Shown piece after piece: positions 37,901 to 49,899 of a DNA stretch of 64,000 nucleotides (its first letter is position 1; each line of letters begins with the position of its first letter). The notes beneath the pieces are model-generated. The model was not told where the DNA came from. It worked only from the letters and a program-made list of their open reading frames with translations, and ran no database searches. A program made the position numbers and the translations under genes. This stretch comes from Eledone cirrhosa (taxonomy: Eukaryota): the NCBI GenBank assembly GCA_964016885.1, contig OZ024758.1:36146001-36210000 (forward strand). Reading direction: 5' to 3'.

Positions 37901-40900
37901 CATTTAAGTCATGGTATTAGTTGTCAGAAGTAACTCCAATGTTGGTGAGAATTCATTTAAGTTCATGGTATTAGCTGTCAGAAGGAACTCCACTGTTGGT
38001 GAGAATTCATTTAAGTTCATGGTATTAGCTGTCAGAAGGAACTCCAATGTTGGTGAGAATTCATTTAAGTCATGGTACTAGCTGTCAGAAGGAACGCCAC
38101 TGTTGGTGAGAATTCATTTAAGTTCATGGTATTAGCTGTCAGAAGTAACTCCACTGTTGGTGAGAATTCATTTAAGTTCATGGTACTAGCTGTCAGAAGT
38201 AACTCCAATGTTGGTGAGAATTCATTTAAGTTCATGGTATTAGCTGTCAGAAGGAACTCCACTGTTGGTGAGAATTCATTTAAGTTCATGGTATTAGCTG
38301 TCAGAAGTAACTCCACTGTTGGTGAGAATTCATTTAAGTCATGGTATTAGCTGTCAGAAGTAACTCCATTGTTGGTGAGAATTCATTTAAGTCATGGTAC
38401 TAGCTGTCAGAAGTAACTCCAATGTTGGTGAGAATTCATTTAAGTCATGGTACTAGCTGTCAGAAGTAACTCCAATGTTGGTGAGAATTCATTTAAGTTC
38501 ATGTTATTAGCTGTCAGAAGGAACTCCACTGTTGGTGAGAATTCATTTAAGTTCATGGTATTAGCTGTCAGAAGTAACTCCACTGTTGGTGAGAATTCAT
38601 TTAAGTTCATGGTATTAGCTGTCAGAAGGAACGCCACTGTTGGTGAGAATTCATTTAAGTTCATGGTATTAGCTGTCAGAAGTAACTCCACTGTTGGTGA
38701 GAATTCATTTAAGTTCATGGTATTAGCTGTCAGAAGTAACTCCACTGTTGGTGAGAATTCATTTAAGTTCATGGTATTAGCTGTCAGAAGGAACGCCACT
38801 GTTGGTGAGAATTCATTTAAATTCATGGTATTAGCTGTCAGAAGTAACTCCACTGTTGGTGAGAATTCATTTAAGTTCATGGTACTAGCTGTCAGAAGTA
38901 ACTCCAATGTTGGTGAGAATTCATTTAAGTTCATGGTATTAGCTGTCAGAAGGAATTCCACTGTTGCTGAGAATTCATTTAAGTTCATGGTATTAGCTGT
39001 CAGAGGTAACTCCACTGTTGGTGAGAATTCATTTAAGTTCATGGTACTAGCTGTCAGAAGTAACTCCACTGTTGGTGAGAATTCATTTAAGTTCATGGTA
39101 TTAGCTGTCAGAAGGAACGCCACTGTTGGTGAGAATTCATTTAAGTTCATGGTATTAGCTGTCAGAAGCCACTCCACTGTTGGTGAGAATACATTTAAGT
39201 TCATGGTACTAGCTGTCAGAAGTAACCCCAATGTTGGTGAGAATTCATTTAAGTTCATGGTATTAGCTGTCAGAAGTAACTCCACTGTTGGTGAGAATTC
39301 ATTTAAGTTCATGGTACTAGCTGTCAGAAGTAACTCCAATGTTGGTGAGAATTCATTTAAGTTCATGGTATTAGCTGTCAGAAGGAACTCCACTGTTGCT
39401 GAGAATTCATTTAAGTTCATGGTATTAGCTGTCAGAAGTAACTCCACTGTTGGTGAGAATTCATTTAAGTTCATGGTACTAGCTGTCAGAAGTCACTCCA
39501 CTGTTGGTGAGAATACATTTAAGTTCATGGTACTAGCTGTCAGAAGTAACCCCAATTTTGGTGAGAATTCATTTAAGTTCATGGTATTAGCTGTCAGAAG
39601 TCACTCCAATGTTGGTGAGAATTCATTTAAGTTCATGGTATTAGCTGTCAGAAGTAACTCCACTGTTGGTGAGAATTCATTTAAGTTCATGGTATTAGCT
39701 GTCAGAAGGAACGCCACTGTTGGTGAGAATTCATTTAAGTTCATGGTATTAGCTGTCAGAAGTAACTCCACTGTTGGTGAGAATTCATTTAAGTTCATGG
39801 TACTAGCTGTCAGAAGTAACTCCACTGTTGGTGAGAATTCATTTAAGTTCATGGTATTAGCTGTCAGAAGTCACTCCAATGTTGGTGAGAATTCATTTAA
39901 GTTCATGGTATTAGCTGTCAGAAGTCACTCCACTGTTGGTGAGAATTCATTTAAGTTCATGGTACTAGCTGTCAGAAGTAACCCCAATGTTGGTGAGAAT
40001 TCATTTAAGTTCATGGTATTAGCTGTCAGAAGTCACTCCAATGTTGGTGAGAATTCATTTAAGTTCATGGTATTACCTGTCAGAAGTCACTCCAATGTTG
40101 GTGAGAATTCATTTAAGTTCATGGTATTAGCTGTCAGAAGTCACTCCACTGTTGGTGAGAATTCATTTAAGTTCATGGTACTAGCTGTCAGAAGTAACCC
40201 CAATGTTGGTGAGAATTCATTTAAGTTCATGGTATTAGCTGTCAGAAGTCACTCCAATGTTGGTGAGAATTCATTTAAGTTCATGGTATTAGCTGTCAGA
40301 AGTAACTCCACTGTTGGTGAGAATTCATTTAAGTTCATGGTATTAGCTGTCAGAAGTCACTCCACTGTTGGTGAGAATTCATTTAAGTTCATGGTACTAG
40401 CTGTCAGAAGTAACCCCAATGTTGGTGAGAATTCATTTAAGTTCATGGTATTAGCTGTCAGAAGTCACTCCAATGTTGGTGAGAATTCATTTAAGTTCAT
40501 GGTATTAGCTGTCAGAAGTAACTCCACTGTTGGTGAGAATTCATTTAAGTTCATGGTATTAGCTGTCAGAAGTAACTCCACTGTTGGTGAGAATTCATTT
40601 AAGTTCATGGTATTAGCTGTCAGAAGTAACTCCACTGTTGGTGAGAATTCATTTAAGTCATGGTATTAGCTGTCAGAAGTAACTCCACTGTTGGTGAGAA
40701 TTCATTTAAGTTCATGGTATTAGCTGTCAGAAGTAACTCGACTGTTGGTGAGAATTCATTTAAGTCATGGTATTAGCTGTCAGAAGTCACTCCACTGTTG
40801 GTGAGAATTCATTTAAGTACATGGTACTAGCTGTCAGAAGTAACCCCAATGTTGGTGAGAATTCATTTAAGTTCATGGTATTAGGTGTCAGAAGTCACTC

Positions 40901-43900
40901 CAATGTTGGTGAGAATTCATTTAAGTTCATGGTATTAGCTGTCAGAAGTAACTCCACTGTTGGTGAGAATTCATTTAAGTTCATGGTATTAGCTGTCAGA
41001 AGTAACTCCACTGTTGGTGAGAATTCATTTAAGTTCATGGTATTAGCTGTCAGAAGTAACTCCACTGTTGGTGAGAATTCATTTAAGTTCATGGTATTAG
41101 CTGTTAGAAGGATCTCCAATGTTGGTGAGAATTCATTTAAGTCATGGTACTGGCTGTCAGAAGTAACTCCACTGTTGGTGAGAATTCATTTAAGTTCATG
41201 GTATTAGCTGTCAGAAGGAACGCCACTGTTGGTGAGAATTCATTTAAGTTCATGGTATTAGCTGTCAGAAGTAACTCCACTGTTGGTGAGAATTCATTTA
41301 AGTTCATGGTACTAGCTGTCAGAAGTAACTCCAATGTTGGTGAGAATTCATTTAAGTTCATGGTATTAGCTGTCAGAACGAACTCCACTGTTGCTGAGAA
41401 TTCATTTAAGTTCATGGTATTAGCTGTCAGAAGTAACTCCACTGTTGGTGAGAATTCATTTATGTTCATGGTACTAGCTGTCAGAAGTAACTCCACTGTT
41501 GGTGAGAATTCATTTAAGTTCATGGTATTAGCTGTCAGAAGTCACTCCAATGTTGGTGAGAATTCATTTAAGTTCATGGTATTAGCAGTCAGAAGTCACT
41601 CCACTGTTGGTGAGAATTCATTTAAGTTCATGGTACTAGCTGTCAGAAGTAACCCCAATGTTGGTGAGAATTCATTTAAGTTCATGGTATTAGCTGTCAG
41701 AAGGAACTCCACGGTTGGTGAGAATTCATTTAAGTTCATGGTATTAGCTGTCAGAAGTAACTCCACTGTTGGTGAGAATTCATTTAAGTCATGGTATTAG
41801 CTGTCAGAAGTAACTCCATTGTTGGTGAGAATTCATTTAAGTCATGGTACTAGCTGTCAGAAGTAACTCCAATGTTGGTGAGAATTCATTTAAGTCATGG
41901 TACTAGCTGTCAGAAGTAACTCCAATGTTGGTGAGAATTCATTTAAGTTCATGTTATTAGCTGTCAGAAGGAACTCCACTGTTGGTGAGAATACATTTAA
42001 GTTCATGGTACTAGCTGTCAGAAGTAACTCCACTGTTGGTGAGAATTCATTTAAGTTCATGGTACTAGCTGTCAGAAGTAACTCCAATGTTGGTCAGAAT
42101 TCATTTAAGTTCATGGTATTAGCTGTCAGAAGGAACTCCACTGTTGCTGAGAATTCATTTAAGTTCATGGTATTAGCTGTCAGAAGTAACTCCACTGTTG
42201 GTGAGAATTCATTTAAGTTCATGGTACTAGCTGTCAGAAGTAACTCCACTGTTGGTGAGAATTCATTTAAGTTCATGGTATTAGCTGTCAGAAGTCACTC
42301 CAACGTTGGTGAGAATTCATTTAAGTTCATGGTATTAGCTGTCAGAAGTCACTCCACTGTTGGTGAGAATTCATTTAAGTTCATGGTACTAGCTGTCAGA
42401 AGTAACCCCAATGTTGGTGAGAATTCATTTAAGTTCATGGTATTAGCTGTCAGAAGTCACTCCAATGTTGGTGAGAATTCATTTAAGTTCATGGTATTAG
42501 CTGTCAGAAGTAACTCCACTGTTGGTGAGAATTCATTTAAGTTCATGGTATTAGCTGTCAGAAGTAACTCCACTGTTGGTGAGAATTCATTTAAGTTCAT
42601 GGTATTAGCTGTCAGAAGTAACTCCACTGTTGGTGAGAATTCATTTAAGTTCATGGTATTAGCTGTCAGAAGGAACTCCAATGTTGGTGAGAATTCATTT
42701 AAGTCATGGTACTAGCTGTCAGAAGTAACTCCACTGTTGGTGAGAATTCATTTAAGTTCATGGTATTAGCTGTCAGAAGGAACGCCACTGTTGGTGAGAA
42801 TTCATTTAAGTTCATGGTATTAGCTGTCAGAAGTAACTCCACTGTTGGTGAGAATTCATTTAAGTTCATGGTACTAGCTGTCAGAAGTAACTCCAATGTT
42901 GGTGAGAATTCATTTAAGTTCATGGTATTAGCTGTCAGAACGAACTCCACTGTTGCTGAGAATTCATTTAAGTTCATGGTATTAGCTGTCAGAAGTAACT
43001 CCACTGTTGGTGAGAATTCATTTAAGTTCATGGTACTAGCTGTCAGAAGTAACTCCACTGTTGGTGAGAATTCATTTAAGTTCATGGTATTAGCTGTCAG
43101 AAGTCACTCCAATGTTGGTGAGAATTCATTTAAGTTCATGGTATTAGCAGTCAGAAGTCAGTCCACTGTTGGTGAGAATTCATTTAAGTTCATGGTACTA
43201 GCTGTCAGAAGTAACCCCAATGTTGGTGAGAATTCATTTAAGTTCATGGTATTAGCTGTCAGAAGTCACTCCAATGTTGGTGAGAATTCATTTAAGTCCA
43301 TGGTATTAGCTGTCAGAAGTAACTCCACTGTTGGTGAGAATTCATTTAAGTTCATGGTATTAGTTTGTCAGAAGTAACTCCACTGTTGGTGAGAATTCAT
43401 TTAAGTCATGGTATTAGTTGTCAGAAGTAACTCCAATGTTGGTGAGAATTCATTTAAGTTCATGGTATTAGCTGTCAGAAGGAACTCCACTGTTGGTGAG
43501 AATTCATTTAAGTTCATGGTATTAGCTGTCAGAAGGAACTCCAATGTTGGTGAGAATTCATTTAAGTCATGGTACTAGCTGTCAGAAGTAACTCCACTGT
43601 TGGTGAGAATTCATTTAAGTTCATGGTATTAGCTGTCAGAAGGAACGCCACTGTTGGTGAGAATTCATTTAAGTTCATGGTATTAGCTGTCAGAAGTAAC
43701 TCCACTGTTGGTGAGAATTCATTTAAGTTCATGGTACTAGCTGTCAGAAGTAACTCCAATGTTGGTGAGAATTCATTTAAGTTCATGGTATTAGCTGTCA
43801 GAAGGAACTCCACTGTTGGTGAGAATTCATTTAAGTTCATGGTATTAGCTGTCAGAAGTAACTCCACTGTTGGTGAGAATTCATTTAAGTCATGGTATTA

Positions 43901-46100
43901 GCTGTCAGAAGTAACTCCATTGTTGGTGAGAATTCATTTAAGTCATGGTACTAGCTGTCAGAAGTAACTCCAATGTTGGTGAGAATTCATTTAAGTCATG
44001 GTACTAGCTGTCAGAAGTAACTCCAATGTTGGTGAGAATTCATTTAAGTTCATGTTATTAGCTGTCAGAAGGAACTCCACTGTTGGTGAGAATTCATTTA
44101 AGTTCATGGTATTAGCTGTCAGAAGTAACTCCACTGTTGGTGAGAATTCATTTAAGTTCATGGTATTAGCTGTCAGAAGGAACGCCACTGTTGGTGAGAA
44201 TTCATTTAAGTTCATGGTATTAGCTGTCAGAAGTAACTCCACTGTTGGTGAGAATTCATTTAAGTTCATGGTATTAGCTGTCAGAAGTAACTCCACTGTT
44301 GGTGAGAATTCATTTAAGTTCATGGTATTAGCTGTCAGAAGGAACGCCACTGTTGGTGAGAATTCATTTAAATTCATGGTATTAGCTGTCAGAAGTAACT
44401 CCACTGTTGGTGAGAATTCATTTAAGTTCATGGTACTAGCTGTCAGAAGTAACTCCAATGTTGGTGAGAATTCATTTAAGTTCATGGTATTAGCTGTCAG
44501 AAGGAATTCCACTGTTGCTGAGAATTCATTTAAGTTCATGGTATTAGCTGTCAGAGGTAACTCCACTGTTGGTGAGAATTCATTTAAGTTCATGGTACTA
44601 GCTGTCAGAAGTAACTCCACTGTTGGTGAGAATTCATTTAAGTTCATGGTATTAGCTGTCAGAAGGAACGCCACTGTTGGTGAGAATTCATTTAAGTTCA
44701 TGGTATTAGCTGTCAGAAGTCACTCCACTGTTGGTGAGAATACATTTAAGTTCATGGTACTAGCTGTCAGAAGTAACCCCAATGTTGGTGAGAATTCATT
44801 TAAGTTCATGGTATTAGCTGTCAGAAGTAACTCCACTGTTGGTGAGAATTCATTTAAGTTCATGGTACTAGCTGTCAGAAGTAACTCCAATGTTGGTGAG
44901 AATTCATTTAAGTTCATGGTATTAGCTGTCAGAAGGAACTCCACTGTTGCTGAGAATTCATTTAAGTTCATGGTATTAGCTGTCAGAAGTAACTCCACTG
45001 TTGGTGAGAATTCATTTAAGTTCATGGTACTAGCTGTCAGAAGTCACTCCACTGTTGGTGAGAATACATTTAAGTTCATGGTACTAGCTGTCAGAAGTAA
45101 CCCCAATGTTGGTGAGAATTCATTTAAGTTCATGGTATTAGCTGTCAGAAGTCACTCCAATGTTGGTGAGAATTCATTTAAGTTCATGGTATTAGCTGTC
45201 AGAAGTAACTCCACTGTTGGTGAGAATTCATTTAAGTTCATGGTATTAGCTGTCAGAAGGAACGCCACTGTTGGTGAGAATTCATTTAAGTTCATGGTAT
45301 TAGCTGTCAGAAGTAACTCCACTGTTGGTGAGAATTCATTTAAGTTCATGGTACTAGCTGTCAGAAGTAACTCCACTGTTGGTGAGAATTCATTTAAGTT
45401 CATGGTATTAGCTGTCAGAAGTCACTCCAATGTTGGTGAGAATTCATTTAAGTTCATGGTATTAGCTGTCAGAAGTCACTCCACTGTTGGTGAGAATTCA
45501 TTTAAGTTCATGGTACTAGCTGTCAGAAGTAACCCCAATGTTGGTGAGAATTCATTTAAGTTCATGGTATTAGCTGTCAGAAGTCACTCCAATGTTGGTG
45601 AGAATTCATTTAAGTTCATGGTATTACCTGTCAGAAGTCACTCCAATGTTGGTGAGAATTCATTTAAGTTCATGGTATTAGCTGTCAGAAGTCACTCCAC
45701 TGTTGGTGAGAATTCATTTAAGTTCATGGTACTAGCTGTCAGAAGTAACCCCAATGTTGGTGAGAATTCATTTAAGTTCATGGTATTAGCTGTCAGAAGT
45801 CACTCCAATGTTGGTGAGAATTCATTTAAGTTCATGGTATTAGCTGTCAGAAGTAACTCCACTGTTGGTGAGAATTCATTTAAGTTCATGGTATTAGCTG
45901 TCAGAAGTCACTCCACTGTTGGTGAGAATTCATTTAAGTTCATGGTACTAGCTGTCAGAAGTAACCCCAATGTTGGTGAGAATTCATTTAAGTTCATGGT
46001 ATTAGCTGTCAGAAGTCACTCCAATGTTGGTGAGAATTCATTTAAGTTCATGGTATTAGCTGTCAGAAGTAACTCCACTGTTGGTGAGAATTCATTTAAG
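28910..46100 (+). repeat. Three-copy higher-order repeat with periods 5227 bp (97 monomers) and 5497 bp (102 monomers)
   Basis: Private markers recur at exact offsets: ggatc 30386/35613/41110, plus aactcgact, tactggc, agaacgaac, tttatg and ccacggtt. Junctions 30043/35270/40767, 30420/35647/41144, 31173/36400/41897 and 31982/37209/42706. ttacctg is shared by copies 2 and 3 only (~40077, ~45628). Confidence 0.93.
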
Positions 46101-49100
46101 TCATGGTATTAGCTGTCAGAAGTAACTCCAATGTTGGTGAGAATTCATTTAAGTTCATGGTATTAGCTGTCAGAAGTAACTCCACTGTTGGTGAGAATTC
46201 ATTTAAGTTCATGGGATTAGCTGTCAGAAGTAACTCCACTGTTGGTGAGAATTCATTTAAGTTCATGGTATTAGCTGTCAGAAGTAACTCCACTGTTGGT
46301 GAGAATTCATTTAAGTCATGGTATTAGCTGTCAGAAGTAACTCCAATGTTGGTGAGAATTCATTTAAGTTCATGGTATTAGCTGTCAGAAGTCACTCCAC
46401 TGTTGGTGAGAATTCATTTAAGTTCATGGTACTAGCTGTCAGAAGTAACCCCAATGTTGGTGAGAATTCATTTAAGTTCATGGTATTAGCTGTCAGAAGT
46501 CACTCCAATGTTGGTGAGAATTCATTTAAGTTCATGGTATTAGCTGTCAGAAGTAACTCCACTGTTGGTGAGAATTCATTTAAGTTCATGGTATTAGCTG
46601 TCAGAAGTAACTCCACTGTTGGTGAGAATTCATTTAAGTTCATGGTATTAGCTGTCAGAAGTAACTCCACTGTTGGTGAGAATTCATTTAAGTTCATGGT
46701 ATTAGCTGTCAGAAGGAACTCCAATGTTGGTGAGAATTCATTTAAGTCATGGTACTAGCTGTCAGAAGTAACTCCACTGTTGGTGAGAATTCATTTAAGT
46801 TCATGGTACTAGCTGTCAGAAGTAACTCCACTGTTGGTGAGAATTCATTTAAGTTCATGGTATTAGCTGTCAGAAGTCACTCCAATGTTGGTGAGAATTC
46901 ATTTAAGTTCATGGTATTAGCTGTCAGAAGTCACTCCACTGTTGGTGAGAATTCATTTAAGTTCATGGTACTAGCTGTCAGAAGTAACCCCAATGTTGGT
47001 GAGAATTCATTTAAGTTCATGGTATTAGCTGTCAGAAGTCACTCCAATGTTGGTGAGAATTCATTTAAGTTCATGGTATTAGCTGTCAGAAGTAACTCCA
47101 CTGTTGGTGAGAATTCATTTAAGTTCATGGTATTAGTTTGTCAGAAGTAACTCCACTGTTGGTGAGAATTCATTTAAGTCATGGTATTAGTTGTCAGAAG
47201 TAACTCCAATGTTGGTGAGAATTCATTTAAGTTCATGGTATTAGCTGTCAGAAGTAACTCCACTGTTGGTGAGAATTCATTTAAGTTCATGGTATTAGCT
47301 GTCAGAAGGAACGCCACTGTTGGTGAGAATTCATTTAAGTTCATGGTACTAGCTGTCAGAAGTAACTCCAATGTTGGTGAGAATTCATTTAAGTTCATGG
47401 TATTAGCTGTCAGAAGGAACTCCACTGTTGCTGAGAATTCATTTAACTTCATGGTATTAGCTGTCAGAAGTAACTCCACTGTTGGTGAGAATTCATTTAA
47501 GTTCATGGTACTAGCTGTCAGAAGTCACTCCACTGTTGGTGAGAATACATTTAAGTTCATGGTACTAGCTGTCAGAAGTAACCCCAATGTTGGTGAGAAT
47601 TCATTTAAGTTCATGGTATTAGCTGTCAGAAGGAACTCCACTGTTGGTGAGAATTCATTTAAGTTCATGGTATTAGCTGTCAGAAGGAACTCCACTGTTG
47701 GTGAGAATTCATTTAAGTTCATGGTACTAGCTGTCAGAAGTAACTCCAATGTTGGTGAGAATTCATTTAAGTTCATGGTATTAGCTGTCAGAAGTAACTC
47801 CACTGTTGGTGAGAATTCATTTAAGTCATGGTATTAGCTGTCAGAAGTAACTCCAATGTTGGTCAGAATTCATTTAAGTTCATGGTATTAGCAGTCAGAA
47901 GTCAGTCCACTGTTGGTGAGAATTCATTTAAGTTCATGGTACTAGCTGTCAGAAGTAACCCCAATGTTGGTGAGAATTCATTTAAGTTCATGGTATTAGC
48001 TGTCAGAAGTCACTCCAATGTTGGTGAGAATTCATTTAAGTTCATGGTATTAGCTGTCAGAAGTAACTCCACTGTTGGTGAGAATTCATTTAAGTTCATG
48101 GTATTAGTTTGTCAGAAGTAACTCCACTGTTGGTGAGAATTCATTTAAGTCATGGTATTAGTTGTCAGAAGTAACTCCAATGTTGGTGAGAATTCATTTA
48201 AGTTCATGGTATTAGCTGTCAGAAGGAACTCCACTGTTGGTGAGAATTCATTTAAGTTCATGGTATTAGCTGTCAGAAGGAACTCCAATGTTGGTGAGAA
48301 TTCATTTAAGTCATGGTACTAGCTGTCAGAAGTAACTCCACTGTTGGTGAGAATTCATTTAAGTTCATGGTATTAGCTGTCAGAAGGAACGCCACTGTTG
48401 GTGAGAATTCATTTAAGTTCATGGTATTAGCTGTCAGAAGTAACTCCACTGTTGGTGAGAATTCATTTAAGTTCATGGTACTAGCTGTCAGAAGTAACTC
48501 CAATGTTGGTGAGAATTCATTTAAGTTCATGTTATTAGCTGTCAGAAGGAACTCCACTGTTGGTGAGAATTCATTTAAGTTCATGGTATTAGCTGTCAGA
48601 AGTAACTCCACTGTTGGTGAGAATTCATTTAAGTTCATGGTATTAGCTGTCAGAAGTAACTCCACCGTTGGTGAGAATTCATTTAAGTTCATGGTACTAG
48701 CTGTCAGAAGTAACTCCAATGTTGGTGAGAATTCATTTAAGTTCATGGTATTAGCTGTCAGAAGTAACTCCACTGTTGGTGAGAATTCATTTAAGTCATG
48801 GTATTAGCTGTCAGAAGTAACTCCACTGTTGGTGAGAATTCATTTAAGTTCATGGTATTAGCTGTCAGAAGTAACTCCACTGTTGGTGAGAATTCATTTA
48901 AGTTCATGGTATTAGCTGTCAGAAGTAACTCCAATGTTGGTGAGAATTCATTTAAGTTCATGGTATTAGCTGTCAGAAGTAACTCCACTGTTGGTGAGAA
49001 TTCATTTAAGTCATGGTATTAGCTGTCAAAAGTAACTCCACTGTTGGTGAGAATTCATTTAAGTTCATGGTATTAGCTGTCAGAAGTAACTCCACTGTTG

Positions 49101-49899
49101 GTGAGAATTCATTTAAGTTCATGGTATTAGCTGTCAGAAGTAACTCCACTGTTGGTGAGAATTCATTTAATTTCATGGTACTAGCTGTCAGAAGTAACTC
49201 CACTGTTGGTGAGAATTCATTTAAGTTCATGGTACTAGCTGTCAGAAGTAACTCCAATGTTGGTGAGAATTCATTTAAGTTCATGGTATTAGCTGTCAGA
49301 AGTAACTCCACTGTTGGTGAGAATACATTTAAGTCATGGTATTAGCTGTCAGAAGTAACTCCAATGTTGGTCAGAATTCATTTAAGTTCATGGTATTAGC
49401 TGTCAGAAGGAACTCCACTGTTGCTGAGAATTCATTTAAGTTCATGGTATTAGCTGTCAGAAGTAACTCCACTGTTGGTGAGAATTCATTTAAGTTCATG
49501 GTACTAGCTGTCAGAAGTAACTCCACTGTTGGTGAGAATTCATTTAAGTTCATGGTATTAGCTGTCAGAAGTCACTCCAACGTTGGTGAGAATTCATTTA
49601 AGTTCATGGTATTAGCTGTCAGAAGTCACTCCACTGTTGGTGAGAATTCATTTAAGTTCATGGTACTAGCTGTCGGAAGTAACCCCAATGTTGGTGAGAA
49701 ATCATTTAAGTTCATGGTATTAGCTGTCAGAAGTCACTCCAATGTTGGTGAGAATTCATTTAAGTTCATGGTATTAGCTGTCAGAAGGAACGCCACTGTT
49801 GGTGAGAATTCATTTAAGTTCATGGTATTAGCTGTCAGAAGTAACTCCACTGTTGGTGAGAATTCATTTAAGTTCATGGTACTAGCTGTCAGAAGTAAC

